Below are positions 8,481 to 17,762 of a DNA stretch of 64,000 nucleotides, in pieces (within the stretch, counting starts at the first letter, position 1; each line of letters begins with the position of its first letter). Below the pieces are notes generated by a model. The model was not told the DNA's origin and did no database searches. It saw only the letters and a list, made by a program, of their open reading frames with translations. Position numbers and translations under genes: made by a program. Where the stretch lies: the NCBI GenBank assembly GCA_963761335.1, contig CAVXGR010000005.1:384001-448000 (forward strand), given 5' to 3'. Source of the stretch: an uncultured delta proteobacterium. GTDB taxonomy: Bacteria; Desulfobacterota; Binatia; HRBIN30; BPIQ01.

Positions 8481-10130
8481 TCAGTCGTCGTCGGGATTCT
8501 CCGGGTGCGCCAGGTCCCATAGCGGTCGCCGGCTGCGCACCGGCGGCACCCGATCGAAGTTGTGCGGCGGCGGCGGTGAGGCGGTTGCCCACTCGAGGGT
8601 CCAGGCGGCCCATGGATTGTCGCCCGCGGCGTCGCCGTGGCGCAGGCTGCGGAGAATGTTCCACAGGAAGACGAGCATGGCGACAGCGATCATGAAGGCG
8701 CCGATGGTCGAGATCAGGTTGAGCACCCCCCAGTACGGCAGGTCGGGATAGGTGAACACGCGGCGCGGCATGCCCATCAAGCCGAGGAAGTGCTGCACGA
8801 AGAAGGTCAGGTTGAAGCCGATGACCGTCAGCCAGAAGTGCCACCGTCCCAGTGTCTCGGAGAGCATGCGGCCGGTGATCTTGGGGAACCAGTAGTAGGC
8901 GCCGGCGAAGATGGCGAACAGTGAGCCGCCGAAGAGGACGTAGTGCATGTGGGCGACGACGTAGTAGGTGTCCGTCGTCTGCCAGTCGGTCGGCACCACG
9001 GCGAAGCTGACGCCGCTCAGACCGCCGATGGTGAACTCCACCAGAAAGGCGACGGCGAACATCATCGCCGTGGTGAAGCGAATGGAGCCGCCGTACATGG
9101 TTGCCGTCCAGTTGAAGATCTTGATCCCCGTGGGCACGGCGATGAGCATGCTGGCGGCCGCGAAGACGCCGTCGAAGGCGTGGCCGAGACCGACGCTGAA
9201 CATGTGATGCGCCCACACGCCGAAGCTCAGCAGGCCGATGGCGACGGTGGAGGCGGCGACGAACTCGTAGCCGAAGATGGGCTTGCGCGAGAACACCGGG
9301 ATGACCTCGGAGATGATCCCGAAGGCCGGCAGGACCATGATGTACACCTCGGGATGGCCGAATCCCCAGAAGTAGTGCTGCCAGAGGATGGGCGAGCCCC
9401 CCGCCTGCGACGCGAAGAAATGCGCGTTGAGCTGGCGATCGATGAGCAGCATCACCAGCGCCGCATTGAGGATGGAGAGCGCCAGAATGATCAGGAAGGC
9501 ATTGACGAACACCATCCACACGAAGAGTGGCAGGCGGCGCATGGTCAGACCCGGGGCGCGCAGCGTGATCACGGTGACGATGAAGTTGATCCCCGCGGCG
9601 ACGGTGCCGATGCCGCTGGTGAGAAGGCCGAGGATCCAGTAGTCCATTCCGGAGGTCGACGAGTACGGCTTCTCGCTGAGGGGCGCATAGCTGAACCAGC
9701 CGGCGGCGGGGGCGCCGCCGGCGATCAAGCTGAAGTAGAGGAGCAGCCCACCGAAGAGGAGGAGCCAGAGGCTCAGGGCGTTCAGCCGCGGGAAAGCCAT
9801 GTCGCGGGCGCCGATCATCAGCGGCGTCAGGTAGGTCGCGAAGCCGATCAGCATCGGCATGACCACCAGGAAGATCATGGTGGTGCCGTGCAGCGTGAAG
9901 ATCTCGTTGTACGCGGTCGGGGAGAGGAAGGTGTTCTCGGGGCGGGCCAGCTGCACGCGCATCAGCAGGGCCTCGACGCCGCCGACCAGGAAGAAGACGG
10001 AGGTGACCAGCAGGTACATGATGCCGATCTGCTTGTGATCGATCGACGCCACCCAGCTCAGCAGACCCTCGTCCTCGGTGAGCGCCGGCAGCGGCGCGGC
10101 GGAGGCGGGCGCCACCGTGAAGTCTCTCAT
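8481..10130 (-). CDS. coxA: Cytochrome c oxidase subunit I (A1 type)
   Basis: DHKQIG, GHPEVY, VWAHHM and VVAHMHYV heme/CuB ligand motifs. Confidence 0.97.
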   Translation of the reverse strand: MRDFTVAPASAAPLPALTEDEGLLSWVASIDHKQIGIMYLLVTSVFFLVGGVEALLMRVQLARPENTFLSPTAYNEIFTLHGTTMIFLVVMPMLIGFATYLTPLMIGARDMAFPRLNALSLWLLLFGGLLLYFSLIAGGAPAAGWFSYAPLSEKPYSSTSGMDYWILGLLTSGIGTVAAGINFIVTVITLRAPGLTMRRLPLFVWMVFVNAFLIILALSILNAALVMLLIDRQLNAHFFASQAGGSPILWQHYFWGFGHPEVYIMVLPAFGIISEVIPVFSRKPIFGYEFVAASTVAIGLLSFGVWAHHMFSVGLGHAFDGVFAAASMLIAVPTGIKIFNWTATMYGGSIRFTTAMMFAVAFLVEFTIGGLSGVSFAVVPTDWQTTDTYYVVAHMHYVLFGGSLFAIFAGAYYWFPKITGRMLSETLGRWHFWLTVIGFNLTFFVQHFLGLMGMPRRVFTYPDLPYWGVLNLISTIGAFMIAVAMLVFLWNILRSLRHGDAAGDNPWAAWTLEWATASPPPPHNFDRVPPVRSRRPLWDLAHPENPDDD

Positions 10131-11074
10131 CGCAGTGTCTCCAGATACGCGGTGAGGGCGCGTACCTCGTCTGATGTCAGGTGGAGGTTGGGCATGTGGC
10201 TCCCCGGCTTGATCCTGTCGGGCGCCGCCAGCCAGCGCGCCAGGTTCTCCCTGGTGTTGGCCACGACTCCGGCGCCCAGCGACTGCCGCGAGGCGACGTG
10301 GGTCAGGTCCGGACCGATCCGCGCACTGGAGAGGCCGCGGATGGCGTGGCAGCTGATGCACGTCTTGTCGCGAAAGAGGTCTTGCCCGCGCGCCGCTTCG
10401 GCGGAGGCCGTCGGTGTCGGGGCGCCGAGCTGCCCCCGCTGCCAGACGCCGAATGCGGCGGGCGTCTCGGCCACCACCGTGAAGCGCATCCAGGCGTGCT
10501 CGGCGCCGCAGAACTCCGAGCACGCCCCCAGGTACTTGCCCGGCTGGCTCACCTCGAGCCAGAGGTGATTGGGGTGCCCGGGAATCATGTCGACCTTGCG
10601 CGCCAGGCGCGGCGCCCAGAAGTCGTGGATCACGTCCGCGGACTCGAGGCGGAGCAGCAGCTTCTGGCCGGCGGGGACGTGAATCTCGTTGGCGGTGACC
10701 ACGCCCGACTTCGGATAGCGAACCTCCCACCACCACTGGTGCCCGGTGACGATCAGATCGGGCTGGGCGCCGTCCGCGACCGGCGGGTCCGAGGCCTGCA
10801 TCGTCTCCAGTGTTAGGACGAAGAGGACGGCGAGGAGGAAAAGCGGAATCGCCGTCCAGCCGATCTCCAGGGCCCGGTTGCCGCGTCGCTGCGGGGGCTC
10901 TCCGTCACCGGCGCGGGCGCGGTAGCGGACCGCGGCATAGACCACCAGAGCGGTGACCAGAAGAAAGATCGCCGCACAGATGGCCAGCGTGACCAGAAAG
11001 AGGGCGGAGATGGATTCCGCCTGCGGAGATGCCGGATGGAACGTGGGCAATAGATTCTTGATCAGGCCGTTCAC
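10127..11074 (-). CDS. coxB: Cytochrome c oxidase subunit II with C-terminal cytochrome c (caa3 type)
   Basis: GHQWWW, DVIHDFW, CSEFCGAEHAWM CuA site; CISCH heme c motif. Confidence 0.95.
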   Translation of the reverse strand: MNGLIKNLLPTFHPASPQAESISALFLVTLAICAAIFLLVTALVVYAAVRYRARAGDGEPPQRRGNRALEIGWTAIPLFLLAVLFVLTLETMQASDPPVADGAQPDLIVTGHQWWWEVRYPKSGVVTANEIHVPAGQKLLLRLESADVIHDFWAPRLARKVDMIPGHPNHLWLEVSQPGKYLGACSEFCGAEHAWMRFTVVAETPAAFGVWQRGQLGAPTPTASAEAARGQDLFRDKTCISCHAIRGLSSARIGPDLTHVASRQSLGAGVVANTRENLARWLAAPDRIKPGSHMPNLHLTSDEVRALTAYLETLR

Positions 11075-11280
11075 TAGAGCTGTTCCACCCGGCGAGCACG
11101 CCTTGGAGGTTTGTTCTGCCGGAAGCGCGCCTACTGCTGGGTTAACATACGAGGTGCCGGCCGACTAGCCCACGATTCGCGGATGATGAATCCTCGATCG
11201 CGCCCGCAATCCCCGCGGGTGGCAGGAACGGTGCAATATCTGCTTGATCTCGCTCGGAAAGCGACCAAGAAAGATCGGAA

Positions 11281-11323
11281 CCCTCACCCTGACCCTCTCC
11301 CGCGAAAAAATGCGGGAGAGGGA
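11281..11323. repeat. Solo CCCTCACCCTGACCCTCTCCCGC...GCGGGAGAGGG hairpin (one arm of the unit 2 cargo)
   Basis: Matches 4732-4773, 19528-19569 and 62272-62314, apart from the loop. Confidence 0.8.
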
Positions 11324-11545
11324 ACCCTCGCTCGCAGGGGCGTGAGGACAGAAGGGCGTGCGCGGCAAGTTCTATCGCCAAACGCGCAGCTGAGCAGATC
11401 GTCAACGCGCCCTTTCGTCTGCGAGTGTCCCAGCATTTCAGCCATGCTCGACGGCGGCAGGGCGGATCGTCCGCAAAAGGGCCCGACTTGACGAAACGTT
11501 TCAAGCAGGTTGCCGGACCTCGCGGCCCCGCTGCGGCCGGAGAGG

Positions 11546-11914
11546 TCACGACGGGGCGGTCACCCACTCGCGCGCCTGGGCGAGCTCTGCGTTCGAGAAC
11601 ACCTGGGCGCGGCCGGGTCGCAGCAGGCCGAAGAGACCGGCGAGCCGGTGAACCCAGCCGACGTCGGTGACCACGGCGATCTTCTCCCATCCCCGGAAGT
11701 GCCGCAGGTCGGCCCAGGTGTCGTCCCAGATCGCCTCGGCGTCGAAGCCGGAGAAATCCTCGGCGAAGTGATAGAGCAGGTTGACCCGGTCGTGGCGCTC
11801 GAACCGGGCCTGCAGCTCGGGCAGCAACACGGCGTCGTAGTCCGCGCCGGTCACCGTTCCATGGGCGGTGAAGCCGAGCACCTCGTCGGGCAAGTCTCGC
11901 ATGATCTCGATCAT
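11546..11914 (-). CDS. STAS/SEC14 (SpoIIAA-like) domain protein
   Basis: VLGFTAHGTVTGADY...AIWDD...WEKIAVVTD...AREWV pattern. Confidence 0.8.
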   Translation of the reverse strand: MIEIMRDLPDEVLGFTAHGTVTGADYDAVLLPELQARFERHDRVNLLYHFAEDFSGFDAEAIWDDTWADLRHFRGWEKIAVVTDVGWVHRLAGLFGLLRPGRAQVFSNAELAQAREWVTAPS

Positions 11915-11960
11915 CGTCGTTCTCCCTTTGGTGGCGTCCTGTACGATCGCCCTGAGTCGC

Positions 11961-12842
11961 TTACAGGTCCCGGTAGCGGACGAGCTCGATTCCCAACCGC
12001 TCCACCGCCTTGCGCACACGCGGGCTGGTGAGCGCCGCAAGCTCGCCGTCGCGGTCGTAGTCGGGGGTCCAGCGGCGGATCTCGTCGTCGGTGATGCCGG
12101 GGTGGCAGTAGAGCTCGGTGGTCCCCGGGCCTAGCCGCGGCAGGAGGTGCAGCAGGTACTCCTCGCTGATGTGGCCGGTCTGATGCATGCCGTACATGCG
12201 GTCGGCGTGGCGGATGCCGCTGCGGTCCAGGCGGCGCCGCGCCCAGCGACCGAGCACGCTGAACACCAGCGCCTCGCCGAGGCGGCGCCCGAGGAAGTCT
12301 CGGTTGAACGCCAGCGTGTCGCGCAGCGGCTCGATCGGCACGCGCATGGCGCGAATGCCGAAGCGCGGAGCGAGCTCGCAGAGGATATCGAGGACGACGG
12401 GATGCACGTGGATGGTGAGATGGCCGTCGACGTGCGAGAGCGGCAGGCCGCTGGCGGCGAACTGCTGGAGCTGCGCGCTGACCTCGCGGCGAAGCTGCTC
12501 GTGGAGCCGGCGATTGAAGAAGAAGCGAGCCCCGGAGGACACCGGGGCGGCCGGCAGCATCAACGCCTCGTCCACCAGGTCGGGAATGGAGTGTGCCGGC
12601 GCGGTCGCCCGTCCCTGGACCAGAACCAGATGCAGGCCGACGCCGAGGGACGGGCTGCGCAGCGCCAGCGAGACCGCCTCGGCGGCGGCGGCACCGCTCA
12701 CCATCAGGCTGGTCTCGGTGAGGATGCCCTGACGATGGGCGCGGATCACGGCGGCGTTGACGCCGGCCGACATGCCGAAGTCGTCGGCGGAGACGATCAG
12801 GCGCCGGCGGGACGCGCTCGGGTATGTGGACGTCGACGGCAA
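11961..12842 (-). CDS. hpnK: ChbG/HpnK-family deacetylase (hopanoid-associated)
   Basis: LIVSADDFG, VGLHLVLVQG, HVDGHLTIHVHP, ELYCHP. Confidence 0.8.
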   Translation of the reverse strand: MPSTSTYPSASRRRLIVSADDFGMSAGVNAAVIRAHRQGILTETSLMVSGAAAAEAVSLALRSPSLGVGLHLVLVQGRATAPAHSIPDLVDEALMLPAAPVSSGARFFFNRRLHEQLRREVSAQLQQFAASGLPLSHVDGHLTIHVHPVVLDILCELAPRFGIRAMRVPIEPLRDTLAFNRDFLGRRLGEALVFSVLGRWARRRLDRSGIRHADRMYGMHQTGHISEEYLLHLLPRLGPGTTELYCHPGITDDEIRRWTPDYDRDGELAALTSPRVRKAVERLGIELVRYRDL

Positions 12843-12988
12843 GCTGGCGGAGTAAAGGAAGGGGCGGGGGAAAAGTCAAAAGGCGGAGCGTGTCTCCGAC
12901 CTTTCACCGTCCTGAAATCAACTTGCAACGGGAGGGGTGAGCCGTTATACGACTCGCCACCGGGCGACAGCCGTCCGAAACGGATCTC

Positions 12989-14665
12989 GTGTCACAGCAA
13001 AACTCCAAGCCCGCCCAGCTCCGCGCTCGTCTCGCCGCACCGGGTCTCGTGCTCGCCGTCGGCGCTCACGATGCGCTCTCCGCCAAGCTCATCGAAGAGG
13101 CGGGCTTCGACGCCGTCTGGGCCAGCGGCTTCGGCATCTCCGCGGTCGCCGCCGTTCCCGATGCCAATATTCTCACCATGACCGAGAACCTCGACGCGGT
13201 GAAGCGCATCAGCGAAGCCATCGGCATCCCGGTGATCGCCGACTGCGACACCGGCTACGGGAACGCCATCAACGTTCTGCGCACGGTGCGCGAGTACGAG
13301 CGCACCGGTGCCGCGGGCATCTGCCTGGAAGACAACGTCTTCCCCAAGCGCTGCAGCTTCTACGCCGGAGTGCGCCGCGAGCTGGTGGCGGTCGAGGAGC
13401 ACGCCCGCAAGATCGAGGCGGCGAAGTCTGCCCAGTCCGACCCCGACTTCGTGGTGGTGGCGCGCACCGAGGCACTGATCGCCGGCTGGGGCATCGAGGA
13501 GGCGTTGCAGCGGGCGCGCGCCTATGCGGCGGCGGGCGCCGATGCGGTGCTCATCCACTCGAAGGCGCCGACCTTCGACGAGCTGGCCGAGTTCGCGCGC
13601 GCCTGGGACGGATCCTGTCCGCTGGTGGCGGTGCCCACCACCTATCCCGACGTCACCTCGGCGGAGCTGCTCGCCGCCGGATTCAAGATGGCGATCTTCG
13701 CAAATCAGCCGCTGCGCGCCGCCATTCCGGCGATGCGCGCCACCCTGCGCGCCATGCGCGAGGCCGGCCGGCCGGGGGTGATCGAGAAGGACATCGCCTC
13801 TCTCCAGCAGGTGTATCAGCTCGTCGGCGTTCCCGAGCTCGAGGAGAGCGAGCGCCGCTACCTGCCGGCGACGCCGAGCACCGCGGCGATCATCATCGCC
13901 GCCGGCTTCGAAGAAGAGATGATGCCGCTCATCGTCGACCGCCCGAAGGGCATGCTCGAGGTGCGCGGCGAAAGCATTCTCGAGCGGCAGACGCGAGCGC
14001 TGCGCAACGCCGGCATCAACGACATCTCCGTGGTCCGCGGCTATCGGAAGGAGTCGATCAACCTTCCCGGCCTGCGCTACTTCGACAACGATCGCTATCA
14101 GGAGACCGGCGAGCTCGAGTCGCTGTTCCGGGCGCGCCAGGCCATGAACGGCCGCTTCGTGTTTCTCTACTCCGACATCCTCTTCGAGCAATCGGTGCTC
14201 GAGCGGTTGCTGCGCAGTGACGCCGACATCGCCATCGTCGTCGACCGCGCCTGGTACGAGGCGGCGCGCTCCGGCATCGAGCGGCCGGCGCCGCGCCCCG
14301 ATCTGGTGATCACCGACGTTCCGCCGGTGTCGCATCACCGCTTCCTCGCCGAGGAGCGCGGCAGTGGTCTGCTGCGCATCGGCCAGCGCCTGCGACCGAA
14401 CGAGGCGCACGCCGAGTTCATCGGCATGGCGTTGTTCTCGGCGCGCGGCGCGGAGATTCTCGCGGACGCCTACGACCGCGCCCGACGCCCGGGCGATCGG
14501 CCGTTCCACGAGGCCGCGTCGATCGAGCGCGCCACCTTCACCGACCTGCTGCAGGATCTCGTCGACCGCGGTGAGCGCGTCACCTGCATCGACATCTACA
14601 AGGGCTGGATGGAGATCGACAGCTTCGACGATTACCGCCGCGCCTGGGCGGAGGTGCGGGACTGA
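12989..14665 (+). CDS. pepM: PEP mutase-like enzyme (ICL/PEPM superfamily) fused to an NTP-transferase domain
   Basis: ADCDTGYGN, EDNVFPKRCSF, ARTEALIAG, LIHSK, VPTTY; C-terminal IIAAG..RPKGML..YSDI..WMEID; adjacent decarboxylase genes. The family call is strong; mutase activity is inferred. Confidence 0.75.
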   Translation: MSQQNSKPAQLRARLAAPGLVLAVGAHDALSAKLIEEAGFDAVWASGFGISAVAAVPDANILTMTENLDAVKRISEAIGIPVIADCDTGYGNAINVLRTVREYERTGAAGICLEDNVFPKRCSFYAGVRRELVAVEEHARKIEAAKSAQSDPDFVVVARTEALIAGWGIEEALQRARAYAAAGADAVLIHSKAPTFDELAEFARAWDGSCPLVAVPTTYPDVTSAELLAAGFKMAIFANQPLRAAIPAMRATLRAMREAGRPGVIEKDIASLQQVYQLVGVPELEESERRYLPATPSTAAIIIAAGFEEEMMPLIVDRPKGMLEVRGESILERQTRALRNAGINDISVVRGYRKESINLPGLRYFDNDRYQETGELESLFRARQAMNGRFVFLYSDILFEQSVLERLLRSDADIAIVVDRAWYEAARSGIERPAPRPDLVITDVPPVSHHRFLAEERGSGLLRIGQRLRPNEAHAEFIGMALFSARGAEILADAYDRARRPGDRPFHEAASIERATFTDLLQDLVDRGERVTCIDIYKGWMEIDSFDDYRRAWAEVRD

Positions 14666-14739
14666 GAACCCCGGCGGCCCGCCGTGAGGCGGCTGCGGCA
14701 ATCGCATTTTCTCGGTCCCTGCTGTATTCGAGCTCGTCC

Positions 14740-15222
14740 ATGTCTCCGCGGGAATTCGTGGCGCTGCTGCGCAGCCTGCAGTTCGATTTCTTCACCGGCG
14801 TTCCCTGCTCGCTGATCAAGGGCGTCATTGCCGCCCTCGAGGCGGAGGGCGCCTGGATTCCCGAGACGCGCGAGGATGCGGCGCTGGGTCTTGCCGCCGG
14901 CGCCTATCTCGGCGGCCGGCAGCCGGTGGTCATCATGCAGAACTCCGGCCTCGGAGTGAGCATCAATGCCCTCACCTCGCTCCATCTGATCTATCGCCTG
15001 CCCTGTCTGCTGCTGATCACCTGGCGCGGCTACCAGGGGAAGGATGCCCCCGAGCACCTGATCATGGGAGAGGTCTGCACCATGCTGATGGAGACCATCG
15101 GTGTGCCGCATCGGGCTCCGGATGCCGAGACACTGCCCGAGTCGGTGCGCTGGGCGGCGGAGACGGCGCGCTCGCGGCGCTCGCCCGCGGCGTTGCTGCT
15201 GCGCAAGGGAGTGGTGGCGTGA
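14740..15222 (+). CDS. Phosphonopyruvate/sulfopyruvate decarboxylase alpha subunit
   Basis: FFTGVPCSLIK, REDAALGLAAG, MQNSGLG, WRGYQGKDAPEH. Confidence 0.88.
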   Translation: MSPREFVALLRSLQFDFFTGVPCSLIKGVIAALEAEGAWIPETREDAALGLAAGAYLGGRQPVVIMQNSGLGVSINALTSLHLIYRLPCLLLITWRGYQGKDAPEHLIMGEVCTMLMETIGVPHRAPDAETLPESVRWAAETARSRRSPAALLLRKGVVA

Positions 15223-15791
15223 AGCTGGCGGAGGCGCTCGAGGCGATCGTGCCCCGGCTCGGCGATGCCCTCGTGGTGCACGCCAACGGCTTCATCTCGC
15301 GCGAGTCGTACGCCCTCGCCAACCGGCCGCAGAACTTCTACATGATCGGCTCCATGGGCCTGGCGTCCTCGATCGGGCTCGGCCTGGCGCTGGCGCAGCC
15401 GCGGCGCCGCGTGGTGGTCTTCGACGGCGACGGCAACGTGCTCATGAATCTGGGCTCGCTGGCCATGGCGGCGGCACTGCGGCCGCGGAACTATCTGCAC
15501 GTCTGCTTCGACAACGCCGTCTACGCCTCCACCGGCAATCAGCGGACGGTGTCGTCGCAGGTGCCGCTCGAGAGCGTCGCTGCGGCGGCGGGCTATGCCG
15601 CCGCGGCGCGCCTCGACAGCGCGCCGGCGCTGGCGGCGCTCTTCTCCGAGTGGCTGCGCCTCGACGGCCCCCGATTTCTTCTCGCCCGCGTCGATGCCGA
15701 CGCCGAGGAGCGGCCTCTGCCCCGCGTCGAGCCCGCGCCCGAGATTCTCGCCGAGAGCTTCCGCGCCGTTGCCTGCGGAGAGCCGTCGTGA
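15219..15791 (+). CDS. Phosphonopyruvate/sulfopyruvate decarboxylase beta subunit (ThDP binding)
   Basis: NFYMIGSMG, DGDGNVLMN...DNAVYASTGNQ; GTGA overlap with the alpha gene. Confidence 0.88.
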   Translation: MKLAEALEAIVPRLGDALVVHANGFISRESYALANRPQNFYMIGSMGLASSIGLGLALAQPRRRVVVFDGDGNVLMNLGSLAMAAALRPRNYLHVCFDNAVYASTGNQRTVSSQVPLESVAAAAGYAAAARLDSAPALAALFSEWLRLDGPRFLLARVDADAEERPLPRVEPAPEILAESFRAVACGEPS

Positions 15792-15819
15792 AGCCGCTGG
15801 TGCGTTCGACGGAGGCGCG

Positions 15820-16542
15820 ATGAGGGCGATTCTGCTGGCGGCGGGCGTCGGCCGGCGGCTGGGCGCGGCGATCGAGCAGCCCAAGTGCCTGTTGCGCCTC
15901 GGCGGCCGGAGTCTTCTCGAGCGGCTGCTGCGCTCGCTCGGACGGGCCGGTGTGCCGCAGGCGGTGATCGTCGTCGGCTATCGCCACGAGCAGGTGCGGG
16001 AGGCCATCGGCTCGAGCTGCGGCGGTGTCGAGGTGCGCTACGTCTACAACCCCGAGTACGAGAAGGGTGCCATCCTGTCGCTGTGGGCGGCGCGCGACGA
16101 GTTCGTCGACGACCTGCTGGTGATGGACGCGGACGTGCTCTGTCCCGATGAGATGCTGGCGCGGCTGGTTCACTCGCCGCACGCCAACTGCTTTCTGCTC
16201 GATGGACGCGCGCAGCCGAGCGGCGAGGAGCAGATGCTCATGGCGCGCGGCGGCCGGGTCTGGAACATCGCACGGCGCGTCGAGCCGGGGTACGATCTGG
16301 TCGGCGAGTCGGTCGGCTTTCTCAAGGTATCGCGTCAGTCCGCCCCGGGCCTGCTCGAGGTGCTGAGCTCCTGTGTCGAGCAGGGACGCGACCGCATCGA
16401 GCACGAGGAGGTCTATCCGATCTTCATGCGCGAGCACGTCGTCGGCTACGAGCGCGTCGACGATCTGCCGTGGACGGAGATCGACTTCCCGGAGGATGCG
16501 GTGCGGGCGGAGCGCGAGCTGCTGCCGCTGATCGACCGCTGA
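15820..16542 (+). CDS. Phosphocholine/phosphonyl cytidylyltransferase-family NTP transferase
   Basis: ILLAAGVGRRL...PKCLL, MDADV, GESVG, WTEIDFPED; GGAGG ribosome-binding site. Confidence 0.88.
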   Translation: MRAILLAAGVGRRLGAAIEQPKCLLRLGGRSLLERLLRSLGRAGVPQAVIVVGYRHEQVREAIGSSCGGVEVRYVYNPEYEKGAILSLWAARDEFVDDLLVMDADVLCPDEMLARLVHSPHANCFLLDGRAQPSGEEQMLMARGGRVWNIARRVEPGYDLVGESVGFLKVSRQSAPGLLEVLSSCVEQGRDRIEHEEVYPIFMREHVVGYERVDDLPWTEIDFPEDAVRAERELLPLIDR

Positions 16543-16562
16543 GTGGTCGTCGCACGAATCGC

Positions 16563-17762
16563 ATGAACGCGGTGCTCATCGCCACCAGCCTGGCGCGCGA
16601 TCCCCGCGTCCGCGTCGGCGGACTGCCGCTCGTCGACCGCGCCCTGATCGCCGCGGCGCGTGCCGGGGTGAGGCGCTGCTTCGTCGCCGGCGAGGTGGAG
16701 CTGCCACCCGCCGATCGGCGCCATCCGCCGGAGGTGCGGCGGATCTCTGCCGATCCCGGCGCGGCGGCGGAGAGCCTGCGCGCCGCCGGCGTCGGCGAGG
16801 ACGAGCCGGTGGCGATGCTGAGCGCGGACGTGGTTTTTCAACCGGCGGCGCTCGCCCACCTGCGGGAACGCTGGCGCCCGGGCGTCGCCGTGGTCGCCCG
16901 CAGCACGCGCGCCGACGCCGAGGTGCTGCCGATGGCCGTGGCGTCGCGGTCGATGCTGGCGTACACCTGGCCTGCGGCGGCGGGCGGTTCGCACGGCGAG
17001 CCTGCCGCCGGGGTCGTCGTCGAGAAGCCGCCGGCGTTTGCCGCCCGGCTGCGCCGCCTCGGAGAGGTTGCCGAGCTCGAGCGCGATCTCCTGCTGTCGC
17101 TGGAGAATCCGCGCGACGGCCGCGTCGACACGATTCTCAACCGCAAGCTGTCACGGCCCATCAGCCGCGTCTTTCTGCATCTGGGTCTGCACCCGAACCA
17201 GATCACCGTGCTCTCCTTCCTCGCCTCGATCGTCGCCGCCATCGGCTTCGCCGTGGGAGGCTACGGCATCTCCCTGCTCGCCGCCCTGGTCTTTCAGCTG
17301 GCGGCGGTGCTCGACTGCTGCGACGGCGAGGTGGCGCGCCTTCGTTTTCTCGAGTCGCGCCTGGGAGACCTCCTTGACATTTCGCTGGACGCGGTCGGCA
17401 ACGCCGCCATCTTCGTGGGCATTGCGCGCGGAGTCTGGGTCCGCGGGCAGCTGGAGGACGCCCATGCCCTGGGGGTCGCGGCGGCGGCCGGCATCCTCGG
17501 CACCTTCCTCGTGGTCACCTACGCCGAGCGCCGCCTGCCGGCGCAGCCGGCGGCGCCGGCGCACCGCACGGCGCAGAAGCTGGTGGGTGCCATGACCACG
17601 CGCGACTTCTCGATCATCGTCCTGCTTGCCGCGGCGACAGGAGCGCTGCCCTGGTTCCTCTGGGGGTCGGCGATCGGCGCCAACGTCTTCTGGGTCGGCC
17701 TACTGCTGCTCCTGGTGCGCGGCGGCACCGCGCGACAGGTAGGTGAGAGCGGCGAGACCTAG
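16563..17762 (+). CDS. CDP-alcohol phosphotransferase with a degenerate NTP-transferase-like N-terminus
   Basis: PNQIT...LDCCDGEVARL...GDLLDISLD signature. Confidence 0.88.
   Translation: MNAVLIATSLARDPRVRVGGLPLVDRALIAAARAGVRRCFVAGEVELPPADRRHPPEVRRISADPGAAAESLRAAGVGEDEPVAMLSADVVFQPAALAHLRERWRPGVAVVARSTRADAEVLPMAVASRSMLAYTWPAAAGGSHGEPAAGVVVEKPPAFAARLRRLGEVAELERDLLLSLENPRDGRVDTILNRKLSRPISRVFLHLGLHPNQITVLSFLASIVAAIGFAVGGYGISLLAALVFQLAAVLDCCDGEVARLRFLESRLGDLLDISLDAVGNAAIFVGIARGVWVRGQLEDAHALGVAAAAGILGTFLVVTYAERRLPAQPAAPAHRTAQKLVGAMTTRDFSIIVLLAAATGALPWFLWGSAIGANVFWVGLLLLLVRGGTARQVGESGET

Noticed and set aside
11487..11505. Palindrome GAAACGTTTC as an operator
   Set aside because: Single short instance far from the coxB start, with no regulator nearby
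14740..15791. Coenzyme M / sulfopyruvate pathway (ComDE)
   Set aside because: No ComA/B/C-like genes, and the context fits phosphonate lipid synthesis better; sequence alone cannot fully exclude it
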